From Takakia lepidozioides (lineage: Eukaryota; Plantae; Bryophyta): a stretch of 64,000 nt of DNA. This document shows, one piece after another, positions 49,330-62,115 of the stretch. Both the position numbers and the translations under genes were made by a program. The number at the start of each line of letters is the position of its first letter. Positions within the stretch are counted from its first letter, which is position 1. Location of the stretch: assembly GCA_030704615.1 (NCBI GenBank), contig CM060732.1:21452001-21516000 (forward strand). The letters are read 5' to 3'. The notes under the pieces are model-generated. The model searched no databases and was not told the origin of the DNA. It was given only the letters and a program-made list of their open reading frames with translations.

Positions 49330-52000
49330 GACCTCCCTCTAGTCCAGCCGCACACTTCACATGCTTGTCTTCGGTAGACCGTTAGTCAGTATATAATCTG
49401 CCACCATGTCTTTTGTAGAATCACCTCAATCTCTCCCCTTGCTACCACCTCTCGAACGATATAGTGATCTGCTCATCTATGTGCTTCGTTCTCGACTGAT
49501 TCTTCGGCGCGCAATCGTTCTCTGATTATCACATAATAGCGTTGTGGGTTTTGAATGTAAATTACCCGGCCAAATCACAGAGCCACACAGCTCCCTTTGC
49601 AGCTTCTGTAACAGCACGTATTCTGCTTCTGTAGATGAGAGCGCCGTAGAGGTTTGTCGCTTGCTGGACCAAGAAACTCCCTTCGCAAGAGTAAACCAAT
49701 GTCCTGAAGTTGACTTACTGCTGTGAAATCTCCCGCCCCAGTCAGCATCTGAAAACCCTCCTAGACTTGTACGTGCTATCTTTACCTTTGTAAGGTATTC
49801 CATCTCTTGCTGAGACTCTGATACGGAATTTTCTTCATTTCTTCCCTTTCTTCCTCATTCTGAAATGCCCTCTCTTTCGTGAGCTTCAGTCCTACTTCTG
49901 GTGGAGTAAACACAGTCTTGCTCTTCTACAGCTTGAATCGGTGTAAATTTGACTCTATCATAGTAAACTCTCTTGACAATTTCTGCTTGAATTGCTGTGA
50001 TAGTCCATGTGCTTCATTGCTTGCTTATAGGATGGCTAAAGTGCAATCACCACGTCTTCTTAGACATTATTATCCGGAGTAGTTGCTACAAACCCCTTAG
50101 AGCTAGATAACCCATTTGTCCTCTGGAACCTCCGTGTTAATCAAGTCCATAAAGAGCTTTGTGAAGCTTACATACACACTTTCCCTTTCCTTCAACAATG
50201 TCGCCTCCGGGTTGTTCTCCTCCTCGAGCTTACCATGAAGGAAGGCTGTTTGCAAGTGAGAATATCCCGACCAATCAAGTTGCCAGGTTCAGTCTTTTGT
50301 GATTCATCGGCTATCATTTCAAGTCATCAATCTGTTAGGAGCTCTTCTTTCTCTCTCATACCTTTGTCTAACTGGCACATTCGAAACTGGATTCTACCCA
50401 TCCACTGTGTTTAATTCGCCTTCTTCTGAATGCGATCTTGTCTCGGGTGTTGGAGGTTCTTCTTCATAAATGAAGTTGTAATATCTCTTGTTGAGTTGAT
50501 CTTGTTGTGGAAGCTACTCTCTCATCTCTTTTCTTCTTTCATTCGCAGAGAAATTGTGCTTCCTTCAAATGTTAGATATGGCGTCTCTACTATGTGTTGG
50601 GGGGTTTGTGTTATGAATATGCAACTCTCACTATTTGAGTCTAATTTCTTTAGTTTCTGGTTAGAAATGCGTGTGCATACTCACGATGTTGAGCGACACT
50701 TGACTTACGTCCAGTGCAAACTTCTTCCAGATGGAGTCATCCCTCGTGCTTTTGTTGCAGTCCGGACTATTATGTACATATGCTGTAGTACCAACCATTT
50801 CTGCCCAAAACTCATTTGGTAGGTAAGCCTTCCTTCAAAAAGCCTTCAACATGTTTCTTACACATTTCTAAAATGTCCTAATCTTCCGCTCAAGCACACC
50901 ATTCTGCTCAGGTGTGTACAAAATGGTAGAATGCCTTGCAATCATCCCATCTTATTTGATCATATGACACACCGGCCCCCTTTATGCGATCTTAGGACTT
51001 CAGAGTTTGTCCTTTGTTGCTTTATATGTTGATCAACACTTTGAATTCTTTAAGCTTTTTAATAACTCAGTCCTCCCCCGTCAATATAGAAATTAACAGG
51101 ACCTTAATAAGTCATCTATGAATGTCACATTGCAGCTCTAACAACTCTCTCAGCCCTCTATCCACCCTATTTAGAAAACTGTATTCTATATTGCTTTCCG
51201 GCTAATTAAGCAACCTTTACAACAGTCTATTGTGGTAACTTTCTTCAAAGGTATTCCTTCCACACATGTTTGGCCGGTACTTAAGCCTTACTCCCACAAA
51301 CTGCTTGGACTCAACGAAGAACTGCAGCAATGCTACAAAGTGTAGTCCGTTATTGCCGACTCAGTCTATCACTCAGTTTATCAGTGCCCTTTAAGTCTCC
51401 TAGTATCAGACGTGATAGACTCTGATATAGACAAATTTGAAGTGAGTTCTTTCATGATTTGCTGTAGCATGCCTACACAAATTATTAGCTAATATTGCTT
51501 TTGCCACTAATTTTCTGACACATTTGAAATTAGTACACAGTCCTCATGATGGTGTTGCTTTTATTTTCCTTACTGAAAGTAGATTCTTAGTTAGTGTAGG
51601 AACATGTAATATATCTTGCAGTTTTTCCATTTCCCATTCAAGTGAAGTTGAGCCCCTCCCATTCAACATGCTTACTATCGATGATTAGAACATGTTGAGT
51701 AGGACGTGGCACTGATCTACATATCCAAAACGTTCTTTCTGTGTGCTCTGACTGCCTTTGAGTCTACATACCAGTCTATATGCTTTTTCTAGTGGAAGGT
51801 AAAAGTAGAACTACAAATAGAGAAACGCTTTTCTTATGATTAGAAGCAACGTTTCTTGAATGTGTTTCTTTGCTCTCATTACTCCTCTTGATCACATGAC
51901 TGGTTAGCTTTCTTATACAATAAAAACACTTCATTTTAGACTTCTTGGATTTAGTACGAGACTTAGGCTCTCCTCTTTGAGATGGGTTTGAGATGCATTA
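49330..52000 (-). mobile_element. Degenerate Ty1/copia internal region
   Basis: GFSDADWGG...STSG...SWSSKRQTSTALSSTEAEY (49600-49760), TAFLHGKLEE (about 50220-50250) and YTPEQNGV.ER (about 50885-50920), in copia order IN-RT-RH. LTRs were not identified. Confidence 0.85.
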
Positions 52001-52339
52001 GGAAAAAAATCCTTTGGAACTACTCCAGGTTTACTGCATCATCAGCTGTTCAGTTGTTCTCTTCTGTTAAAAATAACCCCCCCAAGTTTGCGTGGGCCCT
52101 GTCCATTGGAGGGTGGTCCAGGAATTAAAAAGCAGGGGTTATAGTAAGCTGCACCAGGATTTGAATTAATAACTGTCATGTAAGGGAGTTAAGAAAAAAG
52201 GTAAGAAAGCGACACCTATTAAATGGGGATGGTTATAGGGCCCACCCCCTAAAGGGGGGCAATAGTCGTGAGGCGAAGTGACTCTTAGTTACGCCGGCTT
52301 CGGCCGAAGTCTTCTCTCTCTCTGGATGATGGTTTAGAG

Positions 52340-53500
52340 CAGTGTTGTGAGGGTAAATCATTTACTTGGATTTACTCGGTGGATAAATCAGGGTAAAGAT
52401 AAATGATTTCCTCAGATTGGCCCATTTCATTTACCCTTATCCTTGTCCTTCAGACGGGCAAATAATCTAAGATACCCTTACCCTTACCGTCTGAAGGGTA
52501 AATAATTTCCATATACCCTTTATCCGCGGGTAAATATAAATTTTTGGAGGATAAATAAAAAAAAAACTACAGCCTTTCTTGGCAGCTGGAGGGGTGTCTG
52601 GTGTGATCAGCATTCGGAATCGAAAAATGGAACTTTTGTGCAGGTAGTTATAAAAGAATGCCCATGATTCAGCTGTCTGCTTTCTTCACTTCGTGGCCAA
52701 CATCCTCTCTTGCTCAGTGCTGCCACTGACAATCCCGTAAAGATTATTTTTGAGTTCTTTCCTTCCCATCTAAGTTCAATGGTAGTTACTCAAGGCTTCT
52801 AGTTTGAAGTATGCCCACCCTCCATCTGCTTTTCTCTGGTCAGAATCATCTTTCATGTTTAATTCTCTTCATTTGTTTGCTACTTGGTCAAGTAATTATG
52901 TACAAGATAGGTGAGAGGTACATGAAGAGTTAAGCTGAAATGGAAAGTTGCTTCAAGATGGATCCAACACATGTTCTGTAGCCGCTTGTCAGGATTGTGA
53001 TCAATTGGGGGACTTGTGATCAATTACTACAGGAAATATTCATGCCTTGAGCTCTGTAAATTGATGTGGATTTTTTACACTAGTGATATATTTTTTCTTA
53101 TTTTGGCTTTGTTTGATTATTATCTTTGGTGTGAAGAAACACGCTCATGATCCTCCCTCATATTACTCACAACTTATGATTCAATCAGCCTCATACTAAA
53201 CCAAAAAATAGACCAAAAATTGATTACCTTAAGTAATTAGTTATAATTTTTGAGTTTCACAGCATAATAAACAAAAAAAACAATATCCCTCTATATATCC
53301 TTTATATATCCTACGGGGAAATAAAGGATAAATTGTTTATCCTTACCCGCGATCAAAAAATTGGCCTTTACCTTTTACCCGTAGGATAAATTAATGGACA
53401 TATAAATAAATTACCCTTACCCGGAGGATAAATAATCCTCTGATTTCTATTTACCCTTAACCAGAGGGTAAGCAAAAATCTATTTATCCGCACAACACTG
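52340..53500. mobile_element. Non-autonomous hAT element
   Basis: TIR CAGTGTTGTG ... CACAACACTG with a perfect 8-bp TSD GTTTAGAG (52332-52339, 53501-53508). GGGTAA/GGATAA subterminal repeats. Confidence 0.93.
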
Positions 53501-54312
53501 GTTTAGAGCCGGGTTCCATGGGCAGCTGCAAGCGCCCCCCCCGCCCCCCCCCATGAATCGCCCCCAAGATTAAGGAGGCGTTGTTGGTCGAAATAGCATA
53601 TTCCCTAAGAGGCGTCCCCATGGAATCGCCCCTTGCATGCGAAGGGGCGCAAAAAAGACGTCCCTTCACAAGGGGTGATCGAGTTTCAGGGCGCCCCTAA
53701 GTGACACCTTTGTCCTTTCCTACAGCGGCCCGCAACCTTACGAAGTACTCTTGATTTCCATCCAAACCAAGTTAGATTTTAGGAGAGGGAATGAATTTTG
53801 ACATCTTCATCCAAAACTTATATTAATTGTCATTTACTATGTAATGGGCCCACATAACAATTGGTGCCAACATTTCTAGAGGGGTGAATAGAAGGTGTCC
53901 ATGGAACCACCCCTTCTCATTTTTAAGGTGCGATTCTCTTTTGGGGTCGCTTGCTTGGGGGGCGTTTGGGAGTGCCCACGGAACCAGCTCTTTAGGCTGC
54001 AAATTGGGGTAAGTAGGTGTCACGTGGTCGTGACATGCGTCCCAGGGGAGGGGTCGGCGGGCTTCTAGAAGGGTCCCACTGCCCAGAGAGGGTTTATAAA
54101 GGAGAGGCGGGCTCTCTTGCCTTGCCTCTTACTACTCACTAAGTTAGTACCTAGTGGGCTCTGCACACACAAGGCCCCAAAAAAACGCAAATATAGACGT
54201 TTAGAGAGAATTGAATACCTTTTAAAGATGAGAAGAAGAATGGTCTTGATAAAGATGGTGGTGTTTACATTGATATTTGGTTTCAAAGGTTTACAGGTGT
54301 CTGATCTCTGTG

Positions 54313-55047
54313 CTACCAAACTATGCTTTTGCTCCATTTATCATCTTTAGATTCTATGTCCCCTGGTGCTTTGGCCAACAATTTGACCCCTTTGAGTTGG
54401 AACGAAAGTTCATGTTTTTTGCGACGAAAATTCATCCAATATCTGATGTTGCACTTTACGGCAACGAGATCCCCTGAATGTATGGAATCTCCATTCATTT
54501 GCTATCCATTTTCATTCGGTACTTCTATTGTATTGTGTATTTCGTTGTCAATTGTTTTTTGCCGTTTATTGTTACTAGATGTTGAGCCAGAGTTGTTCGC
54601 GTTAGATTTCTGGAGCTTTTTCATAAAGCTCATGTTATTTCCCCCCATCCATGACATATCTTCGCCTCTCCTTCTCAAGTAATCCGACCGTTCTGTAATC
54701 TTATTTGCGTAATCAAATAAGAAATGGTTGTCTTCGATTAATATTGAAAATGTTCCCTGCTTGAGTTTTTCGGCGAGGGTCACGCATTTGTAATTCCCGG
54801 TTTTGTCAAGGTAGGGGAATTTTAAAATACCTACAAAAATTACTATTTCTTCACGGTCCAAAGGGACGTTCCATAAGACGCTATGGAAGTTTGAATTGTA
54901 CGGCAAGCGCTTCCATGTGTTCCCGGACCTTTAGGGCATCATGATCATTGGATGTGAAACTATCGTATATCGCATCTTTATGTCTTGGTGGTGAATTTCT
55001 TGATTTGTTACAGTGTCTTTGGTATCGACTATTTCCGACGTTGACAT
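54313..55047 (-). pseudogene. Intronless 244-codon ORF with two premature stops; C-terminus resembles viral OB-fold ssDNA-binding proteins
   Basis: One frame runs from ATG 55047 to stop 54313, with TAA at 54931-54933 and TAG at 54502-54504. The second copy has CAG at the TAG position. The functional call rests on motif resemblance only. Confidence 0.5.
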
Positions 55048-55199
55048 GGTTGTTTGTCTATATGCTGCAATCCAAACAATCATGAATGTTATGCAGGTGG
55101 TCACTGCGCAAGTGAGCTGGTCATTGGCTTGGAATATACTAGCAGTCTTATATACAAATACTCGCTGTTAAATAACTAGGTAGGGGTTGCAAGAACAAT

Positions 55200-55810
55200 A
55201 TAATTACAGACACATGAGAACTTTTCCTGACATTAATGACAAACATGGTCACATAGGCCCTCTTTGTTGCCCAACTTGGTGAACTCCGTAGCATGTACAC
55301 ATGTCTATGACTGGATGACATGTCATAGTCATGTATTACTACACTGTGATTGTATATGACTATGACTAGACGTGTCACACTCTTTATATTTCAAAAATAA
55401 AGACATGACATGACTACACGTCAACCTCCAGTCAGCACGCTCAGATGACATGTCACTAGTCTTCAGTCAGTCATGGGGACATATGACTGTAAGGTACATA
55501 TGCCTACAGTTGCTCTATGACCAGGGTTTTACGACTGCTAGTCATAATGGACTTATTACTAGAAAATAGTCATGAATCCCAGTTATAAAATCCTATTTAT
55601 GTTGTAGTGAGTGGATCTTAGACGTACTCATGATTGTTAGTCATATGTACCATGACATGTCATCAGATCCTATGACTATTAGTCATATGTACCATGATAC
55701 GTCATCACATCCTACACATGCACACGACTGTTAGTCATATGTCCCGTGACATGTCATCACATCCTAGACTTGCACACAACTGTCAGTCATATGTCCCGTC
55801 ATATGTTATG
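55200..55810. repeat. CATGAC/GTCAT-rich repeats with a possible CACTA terminus at 55601-55609 and a roughly 52-bp tandem array (55635-55805)
   Basis: GTTGTAGTG (reverse complement CACTACAAC) follows dense ATGAC/GTCAT motifs. (T/C)AGTCATATGT units recur four times. Confidence 0.5.
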
Positions 55811-56589
55811 CGGCAAGAATGATTTAGCGTCAACCTACCTTTTAGCCGATGAGAGTGAGCAGTTCATCAGATAATTCTATTTTGGAGTTCGAATTACTTA
55901 AATCTTGAAATTGAGAAGCAAATGGGCCATTGGTGCGTTTCGGTGAAAAAATAGGCCCCAACAACCACCCACCACAACCAATAAGCTACAATTCAATTTT
56001 ATGAAGCCCTAAAATCCATTTAATAGTAAAGTCAAAATATGCCCATAGAACAGTATTTCACCGAATGAATCACTGGTGCTACGAGAAGATAGACTAGACT
56101 CATATGCTACTATCGTGCTACAACAAAGTCTTCTTAATGGTTCTTAGAAAGTATGTCAAGGGAACATTCTCAAAGAACATACTTCTCTTCTTGAGTATTG
56201 TCCTTTTTGACCTATCATGCGTTACGCTGGCACAGCCTGCACAGGTCCTAGTGATGTTCGGTCATTACCCTGAGTTTAAATTTTAGTCTGCTACCTAGAA
56301 GACCCATAGAAGGGGGAGGTATTACCTTAGAGAGAAGCTCGTCACAATTGTTTTGTTCCTATCACAAAACCAGAGAAGCTCACATCATAACGTATAGGCT
56401 TACAAGAGATGGCATGGTATCTGAAAAAGAGACTTTGTACACGAATTTTACAGTGTCTCTTGACCATTATCTTACGCTGAGGCCTGCCAGTAACACGCGT
56501 TCGGACTCCAACAAGCCCAAGCCAAATCAAAAAGCTTCCACTGAACATGGTACCATCATAGGAAAACTACAAAGCACATGCCCTAGCGA

Positions 56590-56699
56590 TTACTGCCTTC
56601 CATTGAGAAAATGGACACATTTGTGACACCAAGGGTGGATTAAACCCACAACCACTTCCGAGGTGGTATGTGCCCATTACCACTGGGCTACAACTTGGT
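56590..56699 (-). mobile_element. tRNA-derived SINE copy, 3'-truncated
   Basis: Reverse complement of ACCAAGTTGTAGCCCAGTGGTAATGGGCACATACCACCTCGG...GTGTCACAAA. Confidence 0.8.
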
Positions 56700-56704
56700 T
56701 GTCA

Positions 56705-57175
56705 AGAGAGGCGAAGATATGTCATGGATGGGTAGAAATAACATGAGCTTTACGGAAAAGCTCCAAAAATCTGGCGTGAACAACTCTGGCTCAACCTCTA
56801 GTAACATGAAACGGCCAAAAAACAATGACAACGAAATATACAATACTATTAGGTGCTGAATGAAAATGGACAGCAAATGAATGGAGATCCATATATTCGG
56901 GGGATCTTGTTGTTGTCAAGTGCAACATCAGATATTGGATGAATTTCCGTCATAAAAAAACACGGACTTTCATTCCAACTCAAAGGGGTCAAATTGTTGG
57001 CGAAAGCACCAAAGAACATAGAACCTAAAGATGACAAGTGGAACAAAAACATAGTTTGGTAGCGCACATAACAGACATTTGTAAACCTTTGAAACCAAAT
57101 ATCAATTGTAAAGGCCATCATCTTTATCAAGACCATTCTTTGTATCATCTTTAAAAGGTCTTTAATTCTCTCTAT
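56705..57175 (+). repeat. Diverged inverted copy of 54200-54672 (3' half of the OB-fold-like ORF plus downstream sequence)
   Basis: GEDMSWMG.NNMSF..KLQKS..NNSGSTSSN and KKH(G/E)LSFQLKGVKLLAKAP are present in both copies on opposite strands. Confidence 0.9.
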
Positions 57176-57547
57176 TTTGTCCTAATACATGGTCACAATG
57201 GATGGTCAATAAATAGAGACACATGTAAGACATGCATCTGGATACGAGGCAAAGTACACTGGTCAAATTAATATAAAATGAAACAAGCCTCAAATTGCAA
57301 TGGGCTCTCCTGCTTTGGCAAAACATAAGAGAAACAACCCACCAATCCGAGGCGGTGTAAGGTCCTTTGACCACATTTTCTCCCTTGACTTCAACAAGAT
57401 GCGTAGTCTCTCTCATAAAACTTGAGTATGGCCCATCTCTCGGGACTTGTTATCAGAAGTTGTCGCTAGTAGTGTGCAGCAACACGAGAAGCCCTAGTAC
57501 TTAGATATGGGTGAAGCCCTACTACTACTTAGATATGGGTGGGGATC

Positions 57548-57722
57548 ACCAAGTTGTGGCCCAGTGGTAATGGACACGTACCACCTCGGAAAGGGTTGTG
57601 GGTTCAAATCCACCCATTGGTGTCACAAAGGTGTCCACCTTTCTAGCGGAAGGTAGTAACCCTTCGGGATGAATAGACACCATAATTTACGCTTCCTTCG
57701 GGAGGCGTCAAATATTATTATT
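57548..57722 (+). mobile_element. tRNA-derived SINE copy, full length
   Basis: A box TGGCCCAGTGG, B box GGTTCAAATCC, 3' hairpin ACGCTTCC-TTCG-GGAGGCGT and tail ATATTATTATT. Confidence 0.82.
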
Positions 57723-57949
57723 CTAGCAACGAGGTCGGAAGCTACTTTAGCATAGAGCAGGAATAGGGTGCCATAGTGCCATGTCATCGTAGCCACCTGT
57801 CGTCGCCACGTTTCGTAGCCAGGTCATCGTCGTAATCAAATATTTTGTATCTGCCCGGATTGCCCAAAAGTAACTGAAGGGATGACGATGTACCCGCGCG
57901 TGCTTGATCGCGGAGGGGTGTCACACCCCCCACGGAGGGAGATCCTACA

Positions 57950-58200
57950 TGGTGGATGCTGCAAGTGTGGGGGCATGAAGGATGCAAAAGCAATGTTCAA
58001 CAGTATGGCTGAGCGAAATTTAGTCTCTTGGAATGTGATGATCGCAGGGTTTCCAGCATGGATGTGGGATAGAGGCATTGGAGACTATAAGCAAATGATG
58101 CAGGAAGGGGTCAAGCCCAACCATCACGTTCGTCTGCATTTGCAATGCCTGTGCCAGCCTTGCAGCCCTGGAAGAGGTCCATGCCGACATCCTGAAGCCA
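57950..58200 (+). pseudogene. PPR gene fragment
   Basis: KCGGMKDAKAMFNSMAERNLVSWNVMIAG...MMQEGVKPN. Confidence 0.85.
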
Positions 58201-58655
58201 GTGCTGCTTTGTATTTGATGCCTGCTGCTGATAGGGCTCCACGATTTGTTGCATCTTCCATCTTACTTTTGAATCTGGACAATTAACCTGATGAAGGTAC
58301 TTGACTTACGAGATTTTGTGCATCAGATTTGGAGAAGAACTGCGGCCTGTGAAACTGCACACCAAAGTTTACGGTACTCCTCTTTCGTTTCTTCTTCTAC
58401 CTTACAAGTGTGCTTGGGATAATGCTTGGTAACAGTGCCTAAACAAGGCAGTTGCTATCGTGCAATTGCCATCGTTGATATCGTTTCTATTGTTGCAAAA
58501 ACTGGCAGTTACAAGTAGAGACCTGCAACACTGGAAATCAGTAGTTGGGAAACCAGTATTGTGTGATTCATATCATTCAAAAAATCTTTTTCATGTGTTC
58601 TCCAGCTTTGAGGTATGTTTCGTGCATTGAAATCTGTCCGTGCTATATCTTGAAG

Positions 58656-59298
58656 CTATGGGTTCGGTCAAGGAGTCAGTCGAAGCACTGCCGGATATTG
58701 ATGCACATGTTGAGCTGCTAATTCGGCTCATTTCAGTTTTGCCAGGCTGGGCTGAGAAAAATGTTCAGGTTAGTAGGTGATGCTGGTCCCGTCTAGTTGT
58801 TGAAGTGGGGCTCTTTAGTTCAACAAATGCAGGGATATGCCATGCTCCTGTGTTTTCTTACTATTGCATACTTTGTAGTGAGAGTGGTTCACCAAAAGCC
58901 TGTGGCATAGACCAGTGCCTGGTGTAGAGGGGTGGGGAAGGCGTTTGTGTACATCGCTATGTTGGTACCTTTGATGAAGCTGCCACTGTAATGGATACAG
59001 GATACAGCTGTATTTTGGATTTTCATTTTTCTCTCACAAATCTCTTGACCACAACATCCAGTTAATAAGAAAACTCACCTACTGCAGCTAGGAAGGTCAC
59101 AGCTTTCTCACTGACAGAACACCACTATATGAGGTGTCTGTGTCCTCTGTCTGAAGGAGGTGCTATACAATGATGCATTTCTCAGTTTCAGCACCCACAT
59201 CCCAAATGTGGGCACGCAGGTACAGCAGAAAGCGATTGAAGTGGTTACATATATAGCACAAAAGGCGACAAGCTTCTCCAAGCTTTGTGTGGTATTAG
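58656..59298 (+). pseudogene. MOR1: Two-exon fragment of MOR1/GEM1 (XMAP215 family, TOG domain) with its intron; exons 58656-58768 and 59220-59298
   Basis: AMGSVKESVEALPDIDAHVELLIRLISVLPGWAEKNVQ spliced (GT-AG) to VQQKAIEVVTYIAQKATSFSKLCVVL. This matches the PGW.EKNVQVQQ..IE..TYI signature I recall for plant MOR1. Confidence 0.75.
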
Positions 59299-59924
59299 GT
59301 GCGTGCTGAGTCTTGTAGGAATCCATGTATCCCTTCTCTTTCTGATGGAATCAAGGTAAATTGTTTGCCAAAACCATGGGATTCCTTATGTTTCAGAGCA
59401 TGCACGTTGGGGAAGCCCAAACAGTGGAGCTTAGACAGGTTATTCTGGACATCAGTCTGGCCCAATTCTGCTCCATAATCTGTCTGGAGGTTGGCCTGGG
59501 GAACGGATGCAGAGGACAGGAGATCAGAATAATAAACTTTTGAAGTCCTGTGTAGTGCCTGAGCTCCATTGTGTAAATGATTGCGTAGTTGAGGTCATTA
59601 GGAATTACATGTCAATGGGGGTGTTCCGTCAATGGAGTTGAGAACAGATTCCTGCCTTGCCAGCCATCCTCGAAGGAAATCTGCTCATCAGCAGTGCTCT
59701 TTGCTGTAGCTAGGCAGGCGTTTGTCTGAGCTCAATTGTGTAGACGCGCATATAGTTGGAGGTCAGTAGGGGAGTGAGGTGAGGAGGGTGGTGAGGTGTG
59801 GGAGGTGAGAGTTATGGTATAATTTGCCGCTGATCTTGGAAACCAGCCTGGTTGGAAACACTCTTGAATGAGTGCCGTGCTGGAGAGGTGAGTCTGTACA
59901 AAAGAATGAGAAGATTGTGCTTTG

Positions 59925-60640
59925 CGTACACTATGGCGGAATGAGATGTGATGTCATGGAACGCGATGCTTGCAGGGTATGCACAGCATGGACGTCGTAT
60001 GATCAAATGATGGGGGAAGGGGTGAAGCCCGACCACATCACGTTTGTGTGCATTTGCAATGCGTGTGCAAGCCTGGCAGCTCTGGAAAAGGGCAAAGAGG
60101 TCCATGGTGACATTGTCAGAGCTGCAATTGTACCAAATGTCATTCTGAACAATACCCTTGTGGACATGTATGAAGGGAGTGTTCGACAGTATGGCTGAAC
60201 AAGATGTGGTGTCGTGGAGTGCGATGATTGCAGGATATGCACAGTAAGGGCGCGGGAAGAACTATGAGCAAATGATGTGCGAAGGGGTGAAGCCCAACCA
60301 CATAACGTTTGTTTGCATTTGCAATGCGTGTGCAAGCCTGGCAGCCCTGGAAAAGTGCAAAGAGGTCCATGGTGACATCGTCAAATCTGGAATTGTACCC
60401 GATGTCATTCTGAACACTGCCCTGGTGGACATGTATGTCAAATGTGGGTGCATCGAGGATGCAAAGGGAGTGTTCGATAGTATGGCTGAACGAGATGTGG
60501 TGTCGTGGAGTGCAATGATTGCAGGATATGCACAGCAGGGTGCAGGATGGAGACTTTGGAGACCTTGAGCAAATGATGTGCGAAGGGGCGAGCAGGGCGA
60601 GTGGATGAGGCAAAGGACTTCATTAACAAAATGCCAATCA
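59925..60640 (+). pseudogene. PPR pseudogene, tandem P-L-S triplets with stops and deletions
   Basis: Near-identical units EGVKP.HITFVCICNACASLAALEK.KEVHGDIV at about 60010 and 60275, followed by an AGRVDEAKDFINKMP E-region remnant. Confidence 0.88.
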
Positions 60641-61049
60641 GTCCAAAGAATTTTGTTTCAAGCTGGCCCTTTTGGCTTCGGGGTGCAAAGTCCAACACGA
60701 ATGTTAGTGCTATTTTCCGTGCAGTACTTGGTGGAGAGAGTCCCAACCTTGCATTTCGAAGGTCTGACTTGAATGGGCACACTCTTGCAGTGGAAGGCTC
60801 CTATGAGTCTGGGCAGATATGCATGGTGGCATGCCATGCTGGTGCAAAGAACAGCAATGTGAGTGGTGATTGTAGATGTCAAAATCTGCCTCCACATTCA
60901 AGCGGTTTTCTCTCTCAAGCAGCGCAGCATTGTGGAAGGCACCATTTCCAGCATCTGGCCTTCCAACCGCTCTAGTTCATTCAACCCTCTCTCCTTCCAC
61001 ATGTCTCTCCACAAGATGTTCCAGCCAGTGTCCAAAAGCAGCTTCAGTA

Positions 61050-62115
61050 CAAGTACGACAATTTCAAGGGGGCAGGTGCAGTGATGGAAAGGTGGTGGAC
61101 CTAACCTCGTTCAGTCCAGAATCTGGGCCAGTATGTTTCGTTACCCTGCTCTCCATGGACTTGATGAAAGGCTTGGCAGAGGGAAAGCAACTGCACGCCC
61201 ACATCATTAGAAGTGGATTCAAGCCGAACATCTTTTTGCTCCATATCATTCTCAACATTTATGTCAAGGGCGGGTAGTGTGGTGAATGCACGCCTGGTGT
61301 TTCACAAGATGCCTGAATGACATGTGTTCATGTGGAATATATTGTGACAGGATATGCCAAGCATGGGTCTAAGAAGGAGGCCTTTGAGATCTATAAGCAA
61401 ATGAGAGCAGCAGGTGTGACGCCAGACACTGTCACGCTCATTTGCATTCTTAAGGTGTGTTGCATCCTGGGAGACCTACAAAGGCAAAGAGGTCCGCGAT
61501 GGGATCATCAAAGCTGGCATTAGACCAGATGTGATCTCCAGACCTGCCCTTTCTACCATGTATACCAAATGTGGGAACATGGAAGATGCGGGGTGAAATG
61601 TTTGATAATATGCCTCAAAAAGATGCGGCCTTATGAAGTGCGATGATTGCAGGATATGCTCAGTATGGGCCCGGTATGGAGGCTTCAAAGTTCTATCAGC
61701 AAATGATACGACAAGGGGTAATGCCCAGCAAGGTCACTCTCATGTGCGTTCTGAGTGCATATGTGCCAGCCTGACAGCCCTGGAGCAGGGCAAACAGGTC
61801 CATGTGGAGATTATCAAAGCTGGAATTGCGCCAGATGTGAATTTGGAGAATACCCTTCCCTACATGTATGGCAAATGCAGGAGCATGAAAGATGCACATC
61901 AAGTGTTCACCACATGTCTGCAAGAAAAATGTGATGATGGCAGGATATTGACGACATGGGTGTGGAAGGGATGATTTAGAAATGTATGAGGAAATGAGAC
62001 AGGAAGGGGTGATGCCTGACAAGGTCACTGCACTTGTACTCTGCATGCGTGTGCAAGCCTAAGAACCCTGAAGAAAGGCAAAGGGATGCACGCTGACATC
62101 ATCAGATCTGGAATT
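61050..62115 (+). pseudogene. Degenerate PPR gene, 5' part
   Basis: GKQLHAHIIRSGFKPNIF, TGYAKHGSKKEAFEIYKQM and LEQGKQVHVEIIKAGIAPDV, with many frameshifts. Confidence 0.85.

Noticed and set aside
48700-52250. LTRs and PBS for the copia relic
   Set aside because: No convincing direct repeats were found. The region is very indel-rich and could also be low-quality consensus.
54502-54933. Stops repaired by U-to-C RNA editing
   Set aside because: Such editing is organellar. This is nuclear repeat DNA where C-to-T decay explains the stops.
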